Of a stretch of DNA of 64,000 nt, positions 63,997 to 64,000 are shown one piece after another (within the stretch, counting starts at the first letter, position 1; every line of letters begins with the position of its first letter). Position numbers and translations under genes: made by a program. Under the pieces are notes generated by a model. The model searched no databases. It was not told the origin of the DNA and worked only from the letters and a program-made list of their open reading frames with translations. Source of the stretch: a virus; IMG/VR virus record IMGVR_UViG_3300033977_000098, positions 1 through 64,000 of that record. One strand, written 5' to 3'.

Positions 63997-64000
63997 GCGG

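Overview
A GC-rich window made up almost entirely of two prophage segments joined by a cluster of transposons. The host is inferred to be Acidobacteriota-like, based on the 8/4 tRNA and the style of the repeats. Positions 1-~51 kb are a siphovirus-type prophage. Its minus-strand late operon runs: small terminase, large terminase (1 intein), portal (2 inteins), a block of putative capsid-packaged effectors (Nudix-ART, DPBB, kinase-nuclease), a MuF/gpF head protein (1 Ala-start intein), protease/scaffold, capsid, HNH genes, a glycosyltransferase-methyltransferase, neck genes, a cluster of three CCA-ending RNAs, two tail tube paralogs, chaperones, tape measure, DUF2460, DUF2163 and NlpC/P60. Its plus-strand early region is decaying (DUF5131, HAD, ParB, methyltransferase, gene fragments). 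Positions 51.2-57.6 kb hold IS1-like terminal-inverted-repeat (TIR) elements carrying a restriction-modification/Vsr set and a PIN pair. Positions 57.6-64 kb are a Mu-like lysis/packaging remnant with a truncated terminase and many REP-like repeats. Four observations stand out. (1) The MuF intein's nuclease appears to be encoded antisense, nested wholly inside the intein. (2) An intact TnpB is boxed in perfect 25-bp IS1-type TIRs, so its guide may be the TIR itself. (3) An 8/4 tRNA-Ser, a tRNA-Thr and a 12-bp-stem ACCA-ending RNA are clustered in the tail operon. (4) One tail tube paralog appears to start at ATT. All product calls come from motif recognition by eye; no database searches were run.
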